A DNA stretch of 63,962 bases, counting the filler, from Diploschistes diacapsis (taxonomy: Eukaryota): NCBI GenBank assembly GCA_023645945.1. It is 24 parts of 24 records of this genome, joined end to end, with 100 filler letters (N's around TTAATTAATTAA, not from the genome) between each part and the next. Parts side by side here need not be neighbours in the genome. Positions count along the whole stretch, not along the records: positions 9,583 to 28,401 come from JALAIB010000397.1; 23 more parts are not named here. One strand, written 5' to 3'. Made by a program: the position numbers and the translations under genes. The notes under the pieces are model-generated. The model saw only the letters and a list, made by a program, of their open reading frames with translations. It made no database searches and was not told where the DNA came from. This document shows positions 11,804 to 24,502 of this stretch, piece after piece. How positions within the stretch are numbered: the first letter of the stretch is position 1; each line of letters opens with the position of its first letter.

Positions 11804-12890
11804 ATGGGCCGAAGAAGCCGGAAATCTAAGGATATTGTTGGCTCAGAAGGATATCTACTTCACGTAACCATCCAGGACTTCGACAACACGGGCGAGGATA
11901 GAATTGGCAAGCTTGCGAAGGTTTCAAAGTACGTGGAGAGTGGATCCTATGGACGCGTCTTCAAGGTTCGAAACTGTGAGACTGGGAAGTTGTATGCGGC
12001 GAAGTTTTGACAGAGATGCCGCTTCAGAGCTGAAGCCTTGCAATGTGCTCGAATGAGATCTGACCAGCACTCCGGCGGGCCGCACATCATCTGGCTGTAT
12101 GATATCTCAACGCTTGCACCATTGAATAACACAACTTCGGATTATCTTCACCCCCGAACAATCACCCAGTGCAACGGTGGGGATCTTCCAGACCCAACTG
12201 ATAAGGCCTGTCGGCAGAAGAATGACCTCCCGGAAGCCCTGTTATGGCACATCGCTAGTCAGCTTTTGTTGGCAGTATCGTTTCTCTCAGAACCTTTGCA
12301 ACCGACATCAGGCCTGCACGTACCGAAAGCATGCAACAAATCTCCCGATGGTCCCGAAGCAAATGGGTTTCTGCATGGAGATATAAAGCCTGACAATGTG
12401 ATCCTTAAATGGCGGGAAGATGACCCAGAGCGGAAGGGCTATCCGGACCTCATACTGGGTGATTTTGGATTAGCTTATGAATGGGACGCCATAACAGAAT
12501 ATTGCCATGGCTTGGGCTTACTCGAGTGGTCACTGCCAAGAGGCCTAAGCTCTCCCCAAAGGGCGAGACATGGGTTCACAGGGGTCTTAGGCCCATCGCA
12601 TATCCAGCATTCAATATGAGAAAGGTTGAGAAAGACGATTTCCGTCCGCTATGGTCCATCCGCACCTCGATGCTTTCAATAAGAAGCTACTTAGGAAAGT
12701 GTTTCCGACACCTGATCATCTGTTGAAGGATTTTGGCCAAGTAATCCGCTGGTTGGTGGCCATCCATGCAGATGACCGGCCCAGCCCTCAAGAGGCCTAC
12801 GCGTATTGACTTGTAAGAGAGGAACGCACAGACTCGGAAGGAAGTACCCCAACCCGAACAAACTGATGCTATGGGAGGAATTGAATGGAC
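11804..12890 (+). pseudogene. Ser/Thr protein kinase pseudogene
   Basis: Gly loop SGSYGRVFKV, YAAK lysine, CNGGDL, HGDIKPDN, GDFG; in-frame TGA at 12008-12010 and loss of frame after DFG; 3' end approximate. Confidence 0.85.
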
Positions 12891-13470
12891 AGCTTAGAGT
12901 AGGCCAGATGATGTTTTGGGAAGAGAGATTAGACACATACAATCACTTCGACTAATTTTAGCTTGGCTATCACTTTTTGATAGCCAATTAAACTTGGATA
13001 TCTGAACTCCATTGTGACTTATACCAACATAAGTAGCACGAGTATGCGAGATTCAAACAACTTTGCCGAGCTCGGGGTCACCTTCAGTATCCGGAGGAGC
13101 TCAGAGGAACGAATTGGGGCGGGGGGCTCTCACATTCTCTACTCCAACGTCTCTAACTTTCTAACGCACATGCAGGCTCATCAGGAGTGCTACAGAGTGC
13201 TCTCGATCTTCCATGTGCGGCATACGGGCAATAAGATTGCTATCAAACAGTAGTAGTATATATTCTCCAAAGGTTCTTTGCCATTGCAAGACATAGGGCT
13301 ACCTCGGATGCGGAAAAACAAGTCTTCCTTGATACAAGTCTTTAGTCGTATTCACGATGATTTTGTACACAACTGTTTCCATAAAACCTCCCCTGGGCTT
13401 TGGATGAAAACCAGCCACACAGTGGGAGTCGAACATAAAAGCATAGTCTCACAAAAGCCTGAAATTCCAT

Positions 13471-16400
13471 ATGATGGGCCCAAGCAATATCCCTTTATGG
13501 CAACAAGCTTTCGAGCGCCTCAACGCAGACGATAAGCGACATCTACCACTTTCATCCATAAAAGACGTTGGCAGTGCTTCGATAGAACCTGACCGACTCT
13601 TGAACTTGCTTAACAGCAAGCTGAAGCACTCGAAGTCAAACAGTGGACAATCACTAAAAACGGGCAGCAAGTGCCGATCCGTAAGCTATTAAAGCGCGTA
13701 GCGGGATGGGTACAGAGATTCAAAGAGATAGGCGACGGTATCGTACAGTATGATCCTGGCCATGCCGCTATCCCGTGGGCCATTTTGCGCTTTTTACTTG
13801 AGGTAGGATGGGTCCCATTGGATTGCTCTGTTTCGGCTAACACCAACAAGATCACCGTAGCTGATCTTGAGAAGTACGACGAGATGATAGAGGGGCTGGA
13901 GTACACCTGCAGCATTGTGACTAAGTCTAGCGAGTTGGAGTACAAAGAGCACGGGAGTACTACCCCAAAGCATCTTGACCAGCTACGTAGCAGTCTACTC
14001 AAGCTATATACTACAACATTGCGCTTCTTGAGTCGAGCTTACGTCTACTACAGCCAGTCGACCCCAGGTAATATCTTACCATCCTCTTGTTGCAAACCTT
14101 GCTCATTGGTGTTCAGGAAGAGCGATCCGCAGTGCTCTTCACTCCAAAGCCCATTCAGTTGGATTGGCGCTACAGAATCTGAAACAACAAGAGGCAAATG
14201 TTTACACGCTTATCAACTTCATCTGCAACGATGCAGTGGCATCAAAGATTGATAATATTACCACACCCTTTCAGGATCTTGGAAAGTCTCCACGGGAGCA
14301 GCGGGAGCAGCGGGAGCAGCTCGTTCGTTGGCTGGGAGCCACGAGTACTGACGAGCAACTGGATGATTCATTGCGCCGTCGGCACCTTGAGACGTGCCAC
14401 TGGATCTTTAGAACCAAGGAGTTCCAGGAATGGGAGACGACTTTCGGGAATCCCCACGTTCTGTGGATCCACGGGCCTCCTGCTTTTGGGAAAACCATAG
14501 TCTCAGCCTGCCCCATCGATTATCTCAGACACAAAAGCTCCGGACCGGTTGCTTTCTTTTTCTGCATGTCTGAGGATATCCTGACCCAAGATCCATACCA
14601 GATCTTGCGCTCGTGGATAACCCAGATAATTCAGGGCGAAGAAGGGGCGGTCGATGCGGTAGGACCGATGCATGAAAAGCATAAAGATAGGAGTCCGACA
14701 AAGACTGAACTGTGGGACATTTTTCAAAAAGTTGCTGCGGCTTGTCCACGAGGTTTGTCGATAATTGACGGTTATGATGAGTGTTTACCACGTAAATCCT
14801 AGATCCAAGTTCCAAACTGAAGATCAACGGGTGCTGTTTCTCCAAGAACTAATGCAGAACCTCGACAGAATCAGTTTTCGACTCCTTCTGACCAGCCGCG
14901 ACGTTCCAGACATTCGCATCGGAATCACAAAACCAAGTTCATCAAGGTCTTTGCGTATCCAGGTGCAAGAGCTCAAGATCACTTCCGATAATAACCACAA
15001 GGATATCTGCGAAGTTTCCAGGTGCATTGTAGATAAGAAGTTACCGAACAAGGACATCAAAATAAGGGAGGAGATGGCAGACTTAGCAGCAAATAAATGT
15101 GAATGGATGTTTTTGATGCTCGACCTTATCGGTAACGGTCTGAAGCCCGGCAAAAATAGCAAAGCGTTGCTATCTTCCGTTGCCCAGATGCCAGCGGGTA
15201 TTGAAGCAGCATACACGCGAGATCTGGAACGACTGGTTCATATGAACGACGAGGATAAGCAGTGGGTAGTAGCCGTGCTGCGGTGGATTATGTTCTCCAT
15301 CAGGCCCCTCACAGTAGCCGAACTGATTGAGGCCGCGGCACTCGCTGTGGGTGGAGCTGTGTCTTTTCCTTGGGACAACTTCCAGACTCCTGGGAGAAGA
15401 TCAACACTATTGACTTGACTGAGGAAGAAGTGAACAGTTTGATAAAAGAACCTTGTGGCTCCCTGATAGAGCTCCGGAAGTCAGAGAACCCGTCTCTCAA
15501 GGCACAAACCGTTCACTTTGTTTATTTTTCTGTGAAGGAGTACCTACTGAAAGTCAACCGGTCCAGTACCTTGGGCCAGAACATCGCACATATTTCGTTC
15601 AGCGATCCTGCAACAGAGCATGACCTTCTTGCGAGACTATGTCTGACCTACTTGTCTTACAAAGAACTGGAACCAATTGGGCCTAGACAGAGATCATGTC
15701 CGGAGTTCTTTCAGAAGTTTCAGTTTTTGAAGTATGCATCAAAGTTCTGGGCTACGCATGTTTCTCAGATCAGCGTTTGCTCTGACCAACTGATCTAAGA
15801 AGCCTTTGAATTTTGCGAGATCAATCAATGGGCTCGTTACATGAGCATTCGGAACCTCGTTCGGAGGTCATGCAAGGTCTCGAATAGCTCGGGAAGGAAA
15901 GGAAGTATCAGTGGAGAATCGCTCAACCAAGAGGACGGGACTAGTTCCGATCTTTCTGATATTGGTGACATGACTGAAATGCAACCAGCTAATACAGACG
16001 CGGCAAGCTCCCCAAGCGATTACGAGATTACAGTCGCAGACGAGCACAGCATGCAAGAGCTGGGCAACCCCAACTTTCCCCCATCGATTGGCTCAGTGAA
16101 TTTTCCGGGTCCTCTCTCGTATCTGGCTTACCGGGGCTTGAAGCATCTTGTGCTGCTTTCTGTGCCCGTGGAATGGATGTCAATTTCAAGGGTGGGAGAT
16201 TCGGAAATGCCCTGCAAGCATCAATTTCGACTAATCATCTTGATATTGCTGACATGCTCCTTGATTATGGAGCCGACGTCTCAATAGTTGGTGGATGCTA
16301 CGGATCTGCCCTCAATGCGGCGGCTTCCGTAGGCTCGCTCGAGATGTCGAAGCGCCTCCATGAACGAGGTGCGAGCTTGCTGGTGGAGGGTGATGATGGT

Positions 16401-17300
16401 ATGAACGTGCTTGAATTTGCGTTCGACAACATTTCCAAAGGTTTGATTTCATATCTGCTTGACAGTGGAGCTGATATTCACCATCGGGATGACTATGAAA
16501 TGACTCCCTTAGCCTTCGCCTGTTTATGCAAGGACCACAAAATCGCAGAGATTTTCCTGAACTGGGAAGCTGACCCGGAAAATGTGATTCCATTCGAATT
16601 TCCGCGCTCCATGTCGCTAGTGCTTATGGTAATACTAAAGTGATGAAGCTACTTCTTGATCGAGGAGTGGATATCAACAAGGAGTTTAATCTTCTAGGCG
16701 GGGCTGGTACATCGCTGCTGGTCGCCACATGCACAAACCATGTGCGAGCAGTCTCCATGCTTCTTTCCTACAATGCAGACCCTAACAAACATCAAACATT
16801 GGAAGGATATACTCCTTTACTATGCGCGATCGAGCTGAATCACTTTGAGGTCGCTGCAGCACTCCTAGAGGGCGGAGCGGACCCCAACATCCCATCATTC
16901 GATGGTATAACAGCAGATCACATAGCGGCGTCCAAAGGATATGAGGACTTGCTTCTCTTGTTGATAAAGCACGGCGCAGACACGAAGATTCCCCCGGAGG
17001 ACGGATTTAGCATACATACTATGGTATATTGCCGCGCGTGGCGAGCCAAACATAGCCGCGATTCTTCTTGAGCATGGCGCGGACGTCAATATTGGTTTAA
17101 CTTTGTTTAATGATATCACGCCTTTGCATGTTGCTGCTATGAGAGGCCATGAGGAGATAGTTTCCGTGCTATTGGCTCATGGGGCTAATTTTGATCCCAA
17201 AAATCTCTATAATATAAAGGTATTGGAAATAGTAAAAAAATGGGGTATAAGGGCGTGGTCGAACTTCTTACTAAAGACGGTACTATCGACCCAATTGAGG
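13471..17300 (+). pseudogene. NLR-like NACHT + ankyrin-repeat gene, pseudogenised
   Basis: N-terminal LWQQAF..L and VQYDPGHAAIPWAILRFLL (NWD NACHT N-terminal type); Walker A WIHGPPAFGKT; Walker B IIDGYDEC; RPLTVAEL; HFSVKEYL-like motif; about 8-10 ankyrin repeats. Introns at 13803-13850 and 14068-14116. Frameshifts near 13670, 14790, 15375, 16165, 16600, 17030; stop at 15796-15798. Confidence 0.9.
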
Positions 17301-18919
17301 GTCCGACTGAATAAGAATCAAACTGAAGGATACGATGTCCAATATCTCCAAGACTGGTGTTCGAGAGAGGTTGTTGCGGTGGCATGGAGAGCTAGGCAGT
17401 ATCCGGCTCTCCCTCCAAGCATTATAAAGGCCCAAACAAAACCTCTAGCGAGCAGAATGCGACTATCAAATCAGAGTATCATATATCAAGTTGAGCTGGA
17501 CTAAAACGGGGCTTTTTGCTGCGACTGAAATTTGAATTATGCATAGTTACTGAGACCACAGTTTGGGCTAATTGGAAGAGGAGAAATAAAAAGACGGAAC
17601 GACACCGACTTTCGCAGATGCCTAGTCTCAAGATAGTCGTAGTCTTTGGACTTCATAGGCGCGACCTTGAAGCAGGTGAAGACAAGGAATACCAGATGTC
17701 CCCGCTGACCGTTAACTAAGAAACGAGGAAGTTTTTTTTTACTAACCCTTCGGGAAGCACGAGTTCGAATGCCGTCATCCATATTCGCAACCACGCGGTT
17801 AATCGACCCTCTGCTTTGCAACCAGCCGTCAGCCAAGCACCGCGTCTCGAGCTCCTATTGCCTCATGATTGCGAAGCAATCTGTAAGGATATGGACGATA
17901 CGCGGCTTCAAAATCCTGATCGAAAAACACATGGGGGTACCGGCTCCTCATTGCCAGCAAATAGCCGTTCCAGCAGTCTTGCTACCCCTAAATCAGTCTC
18001 CAAGAGGGAGCTAGAGGAAGTCATACAGTTGGCATCAACGGTCAACGTTTTTTGAGGGCACGATATTGGTTCTGTCTTTGCCATAGACAGTGGGAATGTT
18101 CAACGAGCTAAGCAGCAGTCGTTAGAAAGGAGGGGCTTCAATGCTTCTGGGATGTTCACAAATGGCATCAAGGAAATGAGCACGTCGGGGCTTCTCAGGA
18201 AGTGATCGAGGTTCTCTCTGGAGCTATGAGTATACCGGAAGCAAGGGACGCAGATTGCTCGCGTGTAATACGGAATGAGAGGCTGGGTTTGCATAAAGAG
18301 GTACAAGCCATTGAGTATAGGCTTAAGGACCAGCAGGGCGTCTCTATGGGTGATTGTATCGCGGATATAGCATAAGGAGATCAGGAACTGGTATAAGATC
18401 TGACGGTGCCCGGAGACACTTTCGCTGGGTTGTTATGTACTTAATCATAGAGCTCCGATGTTCTATCCTAGGTTCCGTAATCATATTAAAGAGATTCTGA
18501 ACCCTTTCCACTGAACCTAGTACACATCTCTAAACCTTCTCTCAGTACAGTATTAGGGGCACTCCTAAATTGAAGCTTGATTCACGATTCGCCCATTACA
18601 GGGCCACTCTAGTATGAAATGGGTGACTTTGAAAGGAGCCTTGGCATGAATTGGCTGTTAGCGCCGGTTTCCTCTATACATGCTTCCATTGGCCATATGT
18701 AGGACTTGAGCCTACTTTAGTATCCTTACCACTACTGATATACTAACCTCTGAGCTGTCCCCTAAGCTGTACTAGTCAATGTTGTCTTGGCAGTCTTGGC
18801 ATACTTAAAGAAAAGCTGAAGAGACTAAGTAAGTAAGTATCAGAAACTTAAGCAAAAGCAGTGCAGCGAATTGCCTCTTTCTAAGCGGATCAGCGAGCCC
18901 CGATGCAACTCCATTCCGA

Positions 18920-20614
18920 ATGCTCTACAGGGTTGGGATATGCTCGTTCAACAGGCTCTTCTTCCCACTTCAACGGGGTTTGCACTGTTTACCATCTGCT
19001 TCTGTTATCATGTCGAAACGCAAAGTCCATACCATGCCTGAAGGTAGGACAAACAAGCGCGCGAAAACAGATACAAGGCAATCTTTTGAAGGCTCTCATG
19101 AGGAGGTCCTGGTCGAAGACATTCGGCGGTTACTTTCATCTAGCTCTGTCCGGCAGGTACCTATCGAGGATACGCTAGAGAAGCCTGCCTCTACCCAGAG
19201 CCCCGAGAAATTCAGCGAGATCGACGTACAAATTGTAGAGCTGTCCTCAACCGGGGACGGTATTGGGCTCTCACCTTCAGCTGATCACGCTTACGTTGTT
19301 CCGTTCTCGCTGCCCGGCGATACTGTCAGGGCGAAGGCAATACGCACCAGTGAGGCTGGCCGCTATACTACCACTGATTTCGTTAGGGTCATCAGTCCCT
19401 CGAACAAGAGAGACGACAGCCTTCCTCAATGTCCGTACTTTGCTAAGTGTGGAGGCTGTCAATTCCAGATGATGAAGTATGAAGACCAGCTAGCCCATAA
19501 GAAAACGATCGTGGATAAAGCGTATCGCAACTTTTCAGGGCTGGCTCCCGCTGCTGTTCCCATTATTCCCAATACTATAGGATCCCCTTTGCAGTATGGC
19601 TACCGAACTAAGCTTACTCCGCACTTTGGTGGACCTCCTGGTATGAAACGGCATCGGCACAATGGACCAAAAGCTATGTTCCAGCAGGTTCCACCTATTG
19701 GCTTTCTGCAAAAAGGGACACGTTGGACCATCGATATCGAAGACTGTCCGATTGGTACCGACGCGGTGCGGGCTGGTATGAAGCAGGAACGGGCCAGAGT
19801 AACACGGGAAATTGCGCATTACCATAAGGGAGCAACACTGCTCCTAAGAGAGAGCACAGAGCGGGTGAGCAAAGCCATCCAAATGGACTCATTCGAGTCT
19901 AAGGAGCGCAAGACGCGCTTGGATCAGGATTCTGTTAGGATCGAAGACAGGAGTCACCCGGAGTACATTGAAACCAAAACTTGCATTACAGATTCAAATG
20001 CTGTTTCTACAGAGTATGTGGATTCCCACCTCTTCGCCAACACTGCTGGATCGTTCTTTCAGAACAACAATTCTATACTTCCGACCTTCACGGAGTACAT
20101 ACGCACCCAGATAAAGCAATCGTCAGCTGCTGGGCCTTCGTTAACTCACCTTATCGATGCGTATTGCGGCTCTGGCCTATTCACAATCAGTCTTTCTTCC
20201 CTTTTTGAGTCTTCTATAGGGATTGATATCTCTGTTGCATCAATCGACTCGGCAAAGAAGAATGCAGAACTCAATAAAGTCAAGAATACCACCTTCATTG
20301 CGGCTACCGCATCAGAGCTCTTCCGCTCGGTCAAGTCACCTCCGGATCAGACTGCTGTCGTCATTGATCCACCCCGGAAAGGTTGCGATGAGAGCTTCTT
20401 GAAGCAGCTACTGCAGTTCGGTCCGAGGACGGTCATATACGTGAGCTGCAATGTCCACACGCAGGCCCGGGACGTTGGTGTTCTCGTCAATGGCTTGGAA
20501 GAAGCAGAAGCAAGATACTCGATCAAGAGTTTGCAGGGCTTTGACTTCTTCCCACAAACCGGACATGTGGAAGGAGTGGCCGTTCTTGAGCGGGTTTCAG
20601 ATCATAATGGATAG
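18920..20614 (+). CDS. TRM2: tRNA (uracil-5-)-methyltransferase (TrmA family)
   Basis: Intronless 564-aa ORF; TRAM domain, CPYFAKCGGCQFQ, SFFQNN, DAYCGSGLF, IDPPRKG, YVSCN, DFFPQTGHVE; alternative start at 19010. Confidence 0.95.
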   Translation: MLYRVGICSFNRLFFPLQRGLHCLPSASVIMSKRKVHTMPEGRTNKRAKTDTRQSFEGSHEEVLVEDIRRLLSSSSVRQVPIEDTLEKPASTQSPEKFSEIDVQIVELSSTGDGIGLSPSADHAYVVPFSLPGDTVRAKAIRTSEAGRYTTTDFVRVISPSNKRDDSLPQCPYFAKCGGCQFQMMKYEDQLAHKKTIVDKAYRNFSGLAPAAVPIIPNTIGSPLQYGYRTKLTPHFGGPPGMKRHRHNGPKAMFQQVPPIGFLQKGTRWTIDIEDCPIGTDAVRAGMKQERARVTREIAHYHKGATLLLRESTERVSKAIQMDSFESKERKTRLDQDSVRIEDRSHPEYIETKTCITDSNAVSTEYVDSHLFANTAGSFFQNNNSILPTFTEYIRTQIKQSSAAGPSLTHLIDAYCGSGLFTISLSSLFESSIGIDISVASIDSAKKNAELNKVKNTTFIAATASELFRSVKSPPDQTAVVIDPPRKGCDESFLKQLLQFGPRTVIYVSCNVHTQARDVGVLVNGLEEAEARYSIKSLQGFDFFPQTGHVEGVAVLERVSDHNG

Positions 20615-21677
20615 TCAATATATCACGTTATTTAACTACTATCCTGCTTTCTGAGTCCAAGTCAACCCTCAATTCAATATCTAGAAATAGGTTCAGAGCC
20701 CTGGTAATAATGCTGACCCTGCCCAATCCCTTAGGTGAGCCTGCTTAAGGCGTGGGAGAACGACTTGCCTGACCAGCTTGGCCGTGCTTGTTCTAGCGTT
20801 TATGGACCGTCATTTTCTCCAGCTGCATCTCCTCTATTGAATTGAAACACGAGGCCACCAAGAGGAAAAGAAACGTATGGGGTGAATGAAGATGGATACC
20901 ACGAGAAGGAGATACGTGAAGTGTCTGGCTGATCGGAGAGACAATATTCCAGGCAAGAGCAGAAAGCATAGGATCTTTGTATGGACAAAGTGAGTTGTAA
21001 GTGGAGCCAAGAATGCATCCAAGTTTTTTGAAGGGAAGACTGCCCTCGAAACAAGGTTTTCCCTTTGTGCTTCTTGCCACTGGATGTAGGAAGGCCTTGT
21101 ATCTTCATGTCTTTCTCTGTTTCACCGAGAGACGCCCCGAGCATATGAAAGTTGCTTTCTACAAATTCCGTTGAGGAGTAGCAAAAAACAGGTACATGAC
21201 TATGCGAAGCGGCAATCCCAACTGCGAATCACATTGAAGACGACTTCCATCTTGGTTCGCTACAAAGGAAGGTGACCTTTGATCATATATCTCGACGATG
21301 CACTGGGTTTTGTAATCATTTTCAGGCAAGAAGCCACCGCACTCTTCGGGACACAACTACATACGCATTTAGCTTGCCGACAGAGAGCTCATAGATGAAC
21401 AATGTCACACACACACTTTGACCGACCAACCGGATGTAGAACTGTAGCACAGTATCATAATCTCTAGCGCTATGCGGTTCAGTTTTATGGCAGGAAGAAG
21501 GCTCTATTATCGCAGCCTAGCACGTTTCACTTTCTCAATACTCCATTCAAACTGTCGCTCCTGGCTAGAGTTGGTTCAAACAGTCCCTATAACAAGATTT
21601 GTGTACGTTACAAGTCTAAGGCTCGAAAGGCTCGGCTTGGGCTCAGCTTTGATTATTTTCATTCCCAACTGCTCGTC

Positions 21678-22610
21678 CTAACTAACCAGGGATGTCGGCA
21701 TGGTGCTATTCACAGTCTCTAATGTCGCATATGTCTGGCCGTTGTACGTCAATGTCGTTCCATCGTCGTTCACAAGATAGACGTTGCTGCCGCTGTTCTC
21801 GACTGCTCCAAAATAAGCGTATCGCTCGACGTAGTCCAGGCTGTCCAGCCACGGCAGTACCGTCTCCATAAACTCGACTTGCTGGGCATCTGTCGCTGTC
21901 TGGCCGCACGATGCATCGTTGCCCTGAAACTCGGTGATCCACAAAGGGCGATTTCCACCGGCTGCATAAGCTTCTTGAACATAGCTGGTGAAATAACCGA
22001 TGTTGTCGTATCCGCAGTACCAGTGGAAGGGGACAAAGTCAATAGTACACTGGGTGCAATTGCCTAGAAATTCGCCGAGCCAAGTCAGACCCGTGGGCGC
22101 ACCGCCATTGGTGACAGCAGGAGCGCCCAGTTTTACTGTCGAGGACGCAAGCGGCTGTATATAATGCTGGTAGGAGGCCGCAGCTTGGGCCGGAGAGAGG
22201 CCGTTGACGTCGGGTTCGTTGAAAGCAAGCAAATGCTTTGAACCAGACTGGATCGCGGCCGCGGCGTTACTCTGCCAGTCGCTTATGTAGCTCGGGTTGC
22301 CGGACGGATCACCCCAGAGCATGGGCACATACTCGAAGTTGCTGTTCCGGAATCCGTCAGCCGGGTCACGATGTACACGAAGAGGGGATACTTGCGCGGA
22401 AAGACCGTTCGAGGGATAGCCCCAGTTATATCCCCAAGTTATCTGAGGATAGGATTCGAAGAGGTTGGCCAGGGAAGAGGAAGTATACACAACACCGCGT
22501 TTGCCTGCGACTGTACGCTCTTGTACTGGCGAGGACGAGCTCAGAGGCGCAGATAGAGCGGTAGCCGCAAGGACTGTTAGAGAAAGCCCACGCAACATCG
22601 AGGGTGCCAT
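21678..22610 (-). CDS. Secreted GH128 beta-1,3-glucanase (Asl1-like)
   Basis: Signal peptide MAPSMLRGLSLTVLAATALS; KRG, WGYNW, EYVPMLW, FNEPD, DFVPFHWY, PLWITEF, VERYAYF; one intron at 22342-22395. Confidence 0.92.
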   Translation of the reverse strand: MAPSMLRGLSLTVLAATALSAPLSSSSPVQERTVAGKRGVVYTSSSLANLFESYPQITWGYNWGYPSNGLSAQVSPLRVHRDPADGFRNSNFEYVPMLWGDPSGNPSYISDWQSNAAAAIQSGSKHLLAFNEPDVNGLSPAQAAASYQHYIQPLASSTVKLGAPAVTNGGAPTGLTWLGEFLGNCTQCTIDFVPFHWYCGYDNIGYFTSYVQEAYAAGGNRPLWITEFQGNDASCGQTATDAQQVEFMETVLPWLDSLDYVERYAYFGAVENSGSNVYLVNDDGTTLTYNGQTYATLETVNSTMPTSLVS

Positions 22611-24502
22611 TGATTGGTCCCACTGCTGGGCGAAGATCACCTGAACTCGAAGACGTTTCTGGAGGATGTTGACAACAGTACGATCGTATTCAGTGTCCTG
22701 CCACCATCTTCTTATAATTCGCATCCTATGTTAGATCACGGGACTACCCAAGTCACCAGGTTCTCCTAATCTCCAGTATTTCATATTTGGACTTGCGGCC
22801 GAACACCATCGTATACTCCGACCCCAACCGGCTGTAAGACTAGTCGAGCGTGTCAGCCCTTGTCGGAGCATATCCCTTGGAAGACTGGGTCTCTCCGGCG
22901 AATAATGCATACCCGGAAACAAGCATTCTCATTCCCGTTCAGGAAATCATGGGGCTAGAGCGAAGCCAACAACGATAGATCTTCTCGTGGGGAGGTAAGA
23001 GATGAAAGTACGCTTTAACTTAACTTACCGGGGGGGAGGTTGAAGGTTAGTAACAAGCTTCAAACGCCGCCATAGGCCCATAGCCCAAGTACCGGCCCAA
23101 CTGGAACCGTGAAGCCATACAACGGTCCATGCAGGTAGGTAAAGGCTGCCACATGGTGCGCCAGAAGCGGACGAGTAATCCGAAGCTACTACACTTCACA
23201 AACTTTTTCCAATACCTTCCGCCAAAGCTTGTACGCAAAAGCTTTTTATTTCCGCTCGAAAGATGTCTGGCGTTGGCGCTTCCTTCCCCACAGACCCAAA
23301 AGCTTATTTGCACTTCAACCAACAGACATGTCGCCAGGCTGCATCCTCCAAGTATAGGTCGACCGACCTGCATACCATACCTGCATGCATGCACCGGAGC
23401 TCCTTGCATGCAAATCTGCACATTTCATCAATATCGACTTGATGGACAGAGTCTTCGAGCCAGCAGCTTACGTCGACGACTATTTGAACACAGTCAGACA
23501 GTGTACTTAATCTTGCAAGATCAAACACTATGGGAAAAGAAAAAAGAAAAGGAGAGATAGAATGAAGAGAAAAGATGCTTGGGAGCATTATTGGTACCTC
23601 TGGAGTTGGAGTCGTCTGATTAAACGGCATATTGACTCTGCGGCTATATTACCGTCCCTCAGGAGCCAGATCAGCAAAAATTTTCTTTCAAACGCAGCTC
23701 TTGAGAACCCCTACTACAAGACTGCCACCCATCCCATAAGCTGCTAGAGTCTAAAGAGGCAACATGGGTTCACAGCACAAAGGGGTGGCAAATGTCGGTG
23801 GCTAAGGAACGACAGCAGACTTTTTGACACCCCCTAACAGGGGCATTCAGCAGCACAGCGGCTGCTTTCTAACTCCGCTACGAATGAGAGATCTGATCGA
23901 ATTGGAGAGCAGCCGCTATGCTACTAGATACTCCTAATGACAGAACATAATTGCTGCCATAAAGGCTTCATTCACCTCTGACCCAAATGGACATTCGTGC
24001 GCCGGTGGAGGCCGCCACCGTTCTACTAACCCCAATCACGCACAGCTTTGAACCTGGCAGGCCCGCATTAGAGATGCTGTCGCCAAGCTATTCTGCCTTG
24101 CTTAAAGTGGTGTTCGAAATGTCTGATCCACATTGCCCGAATGCGAGCATGGGCTAGGGATGGTGAGGGATTTATCTCTTCATCATCTCCACTTTCGAAG
24201 AATGAGTGAAATATGCTAGGGCGGGTGGTCAGAAGTATCAAAACTTATGGCTCTTAGGATCTTGCGTTCATGGCATCTGCTGTCGGTCTTCTGCATTCTA
24301 ATATGCCGTCTCTCCCCGCGCTCCTTGCCTCCCTCAGCTGTGTATATCTTGAGCTCACTGTATTCTTCTCTTCTTGGACTGGGCATAGCTGGAAGCCCCC
24401 CTCCCCCCTCATCTCTATTCTACCTTTTATATACAATCGCTTGTCCCAAAGTCCGTTTCGTTTCTTGCCCTCGCTTGTCACGCCAGTCCTGCCGGCAACA
24501 GG

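Noticed and set aside
17740..17785. tRNA-like GAGTTCGAAT T-loop
   Set aside because: T-stem mismatched; no acceptor stem or D-arm can be built
21678..22724. 348-aa ORF start at 22724
   Set aside because: The signal peptide begins at ATG 22610; upstream codons are probably UTR
23784..23805. GGTGGCAAA (yeast PACE/Rpn4 site)
   Set aside because: Not near the proteasome gene; a single 9-mer can occur by chance
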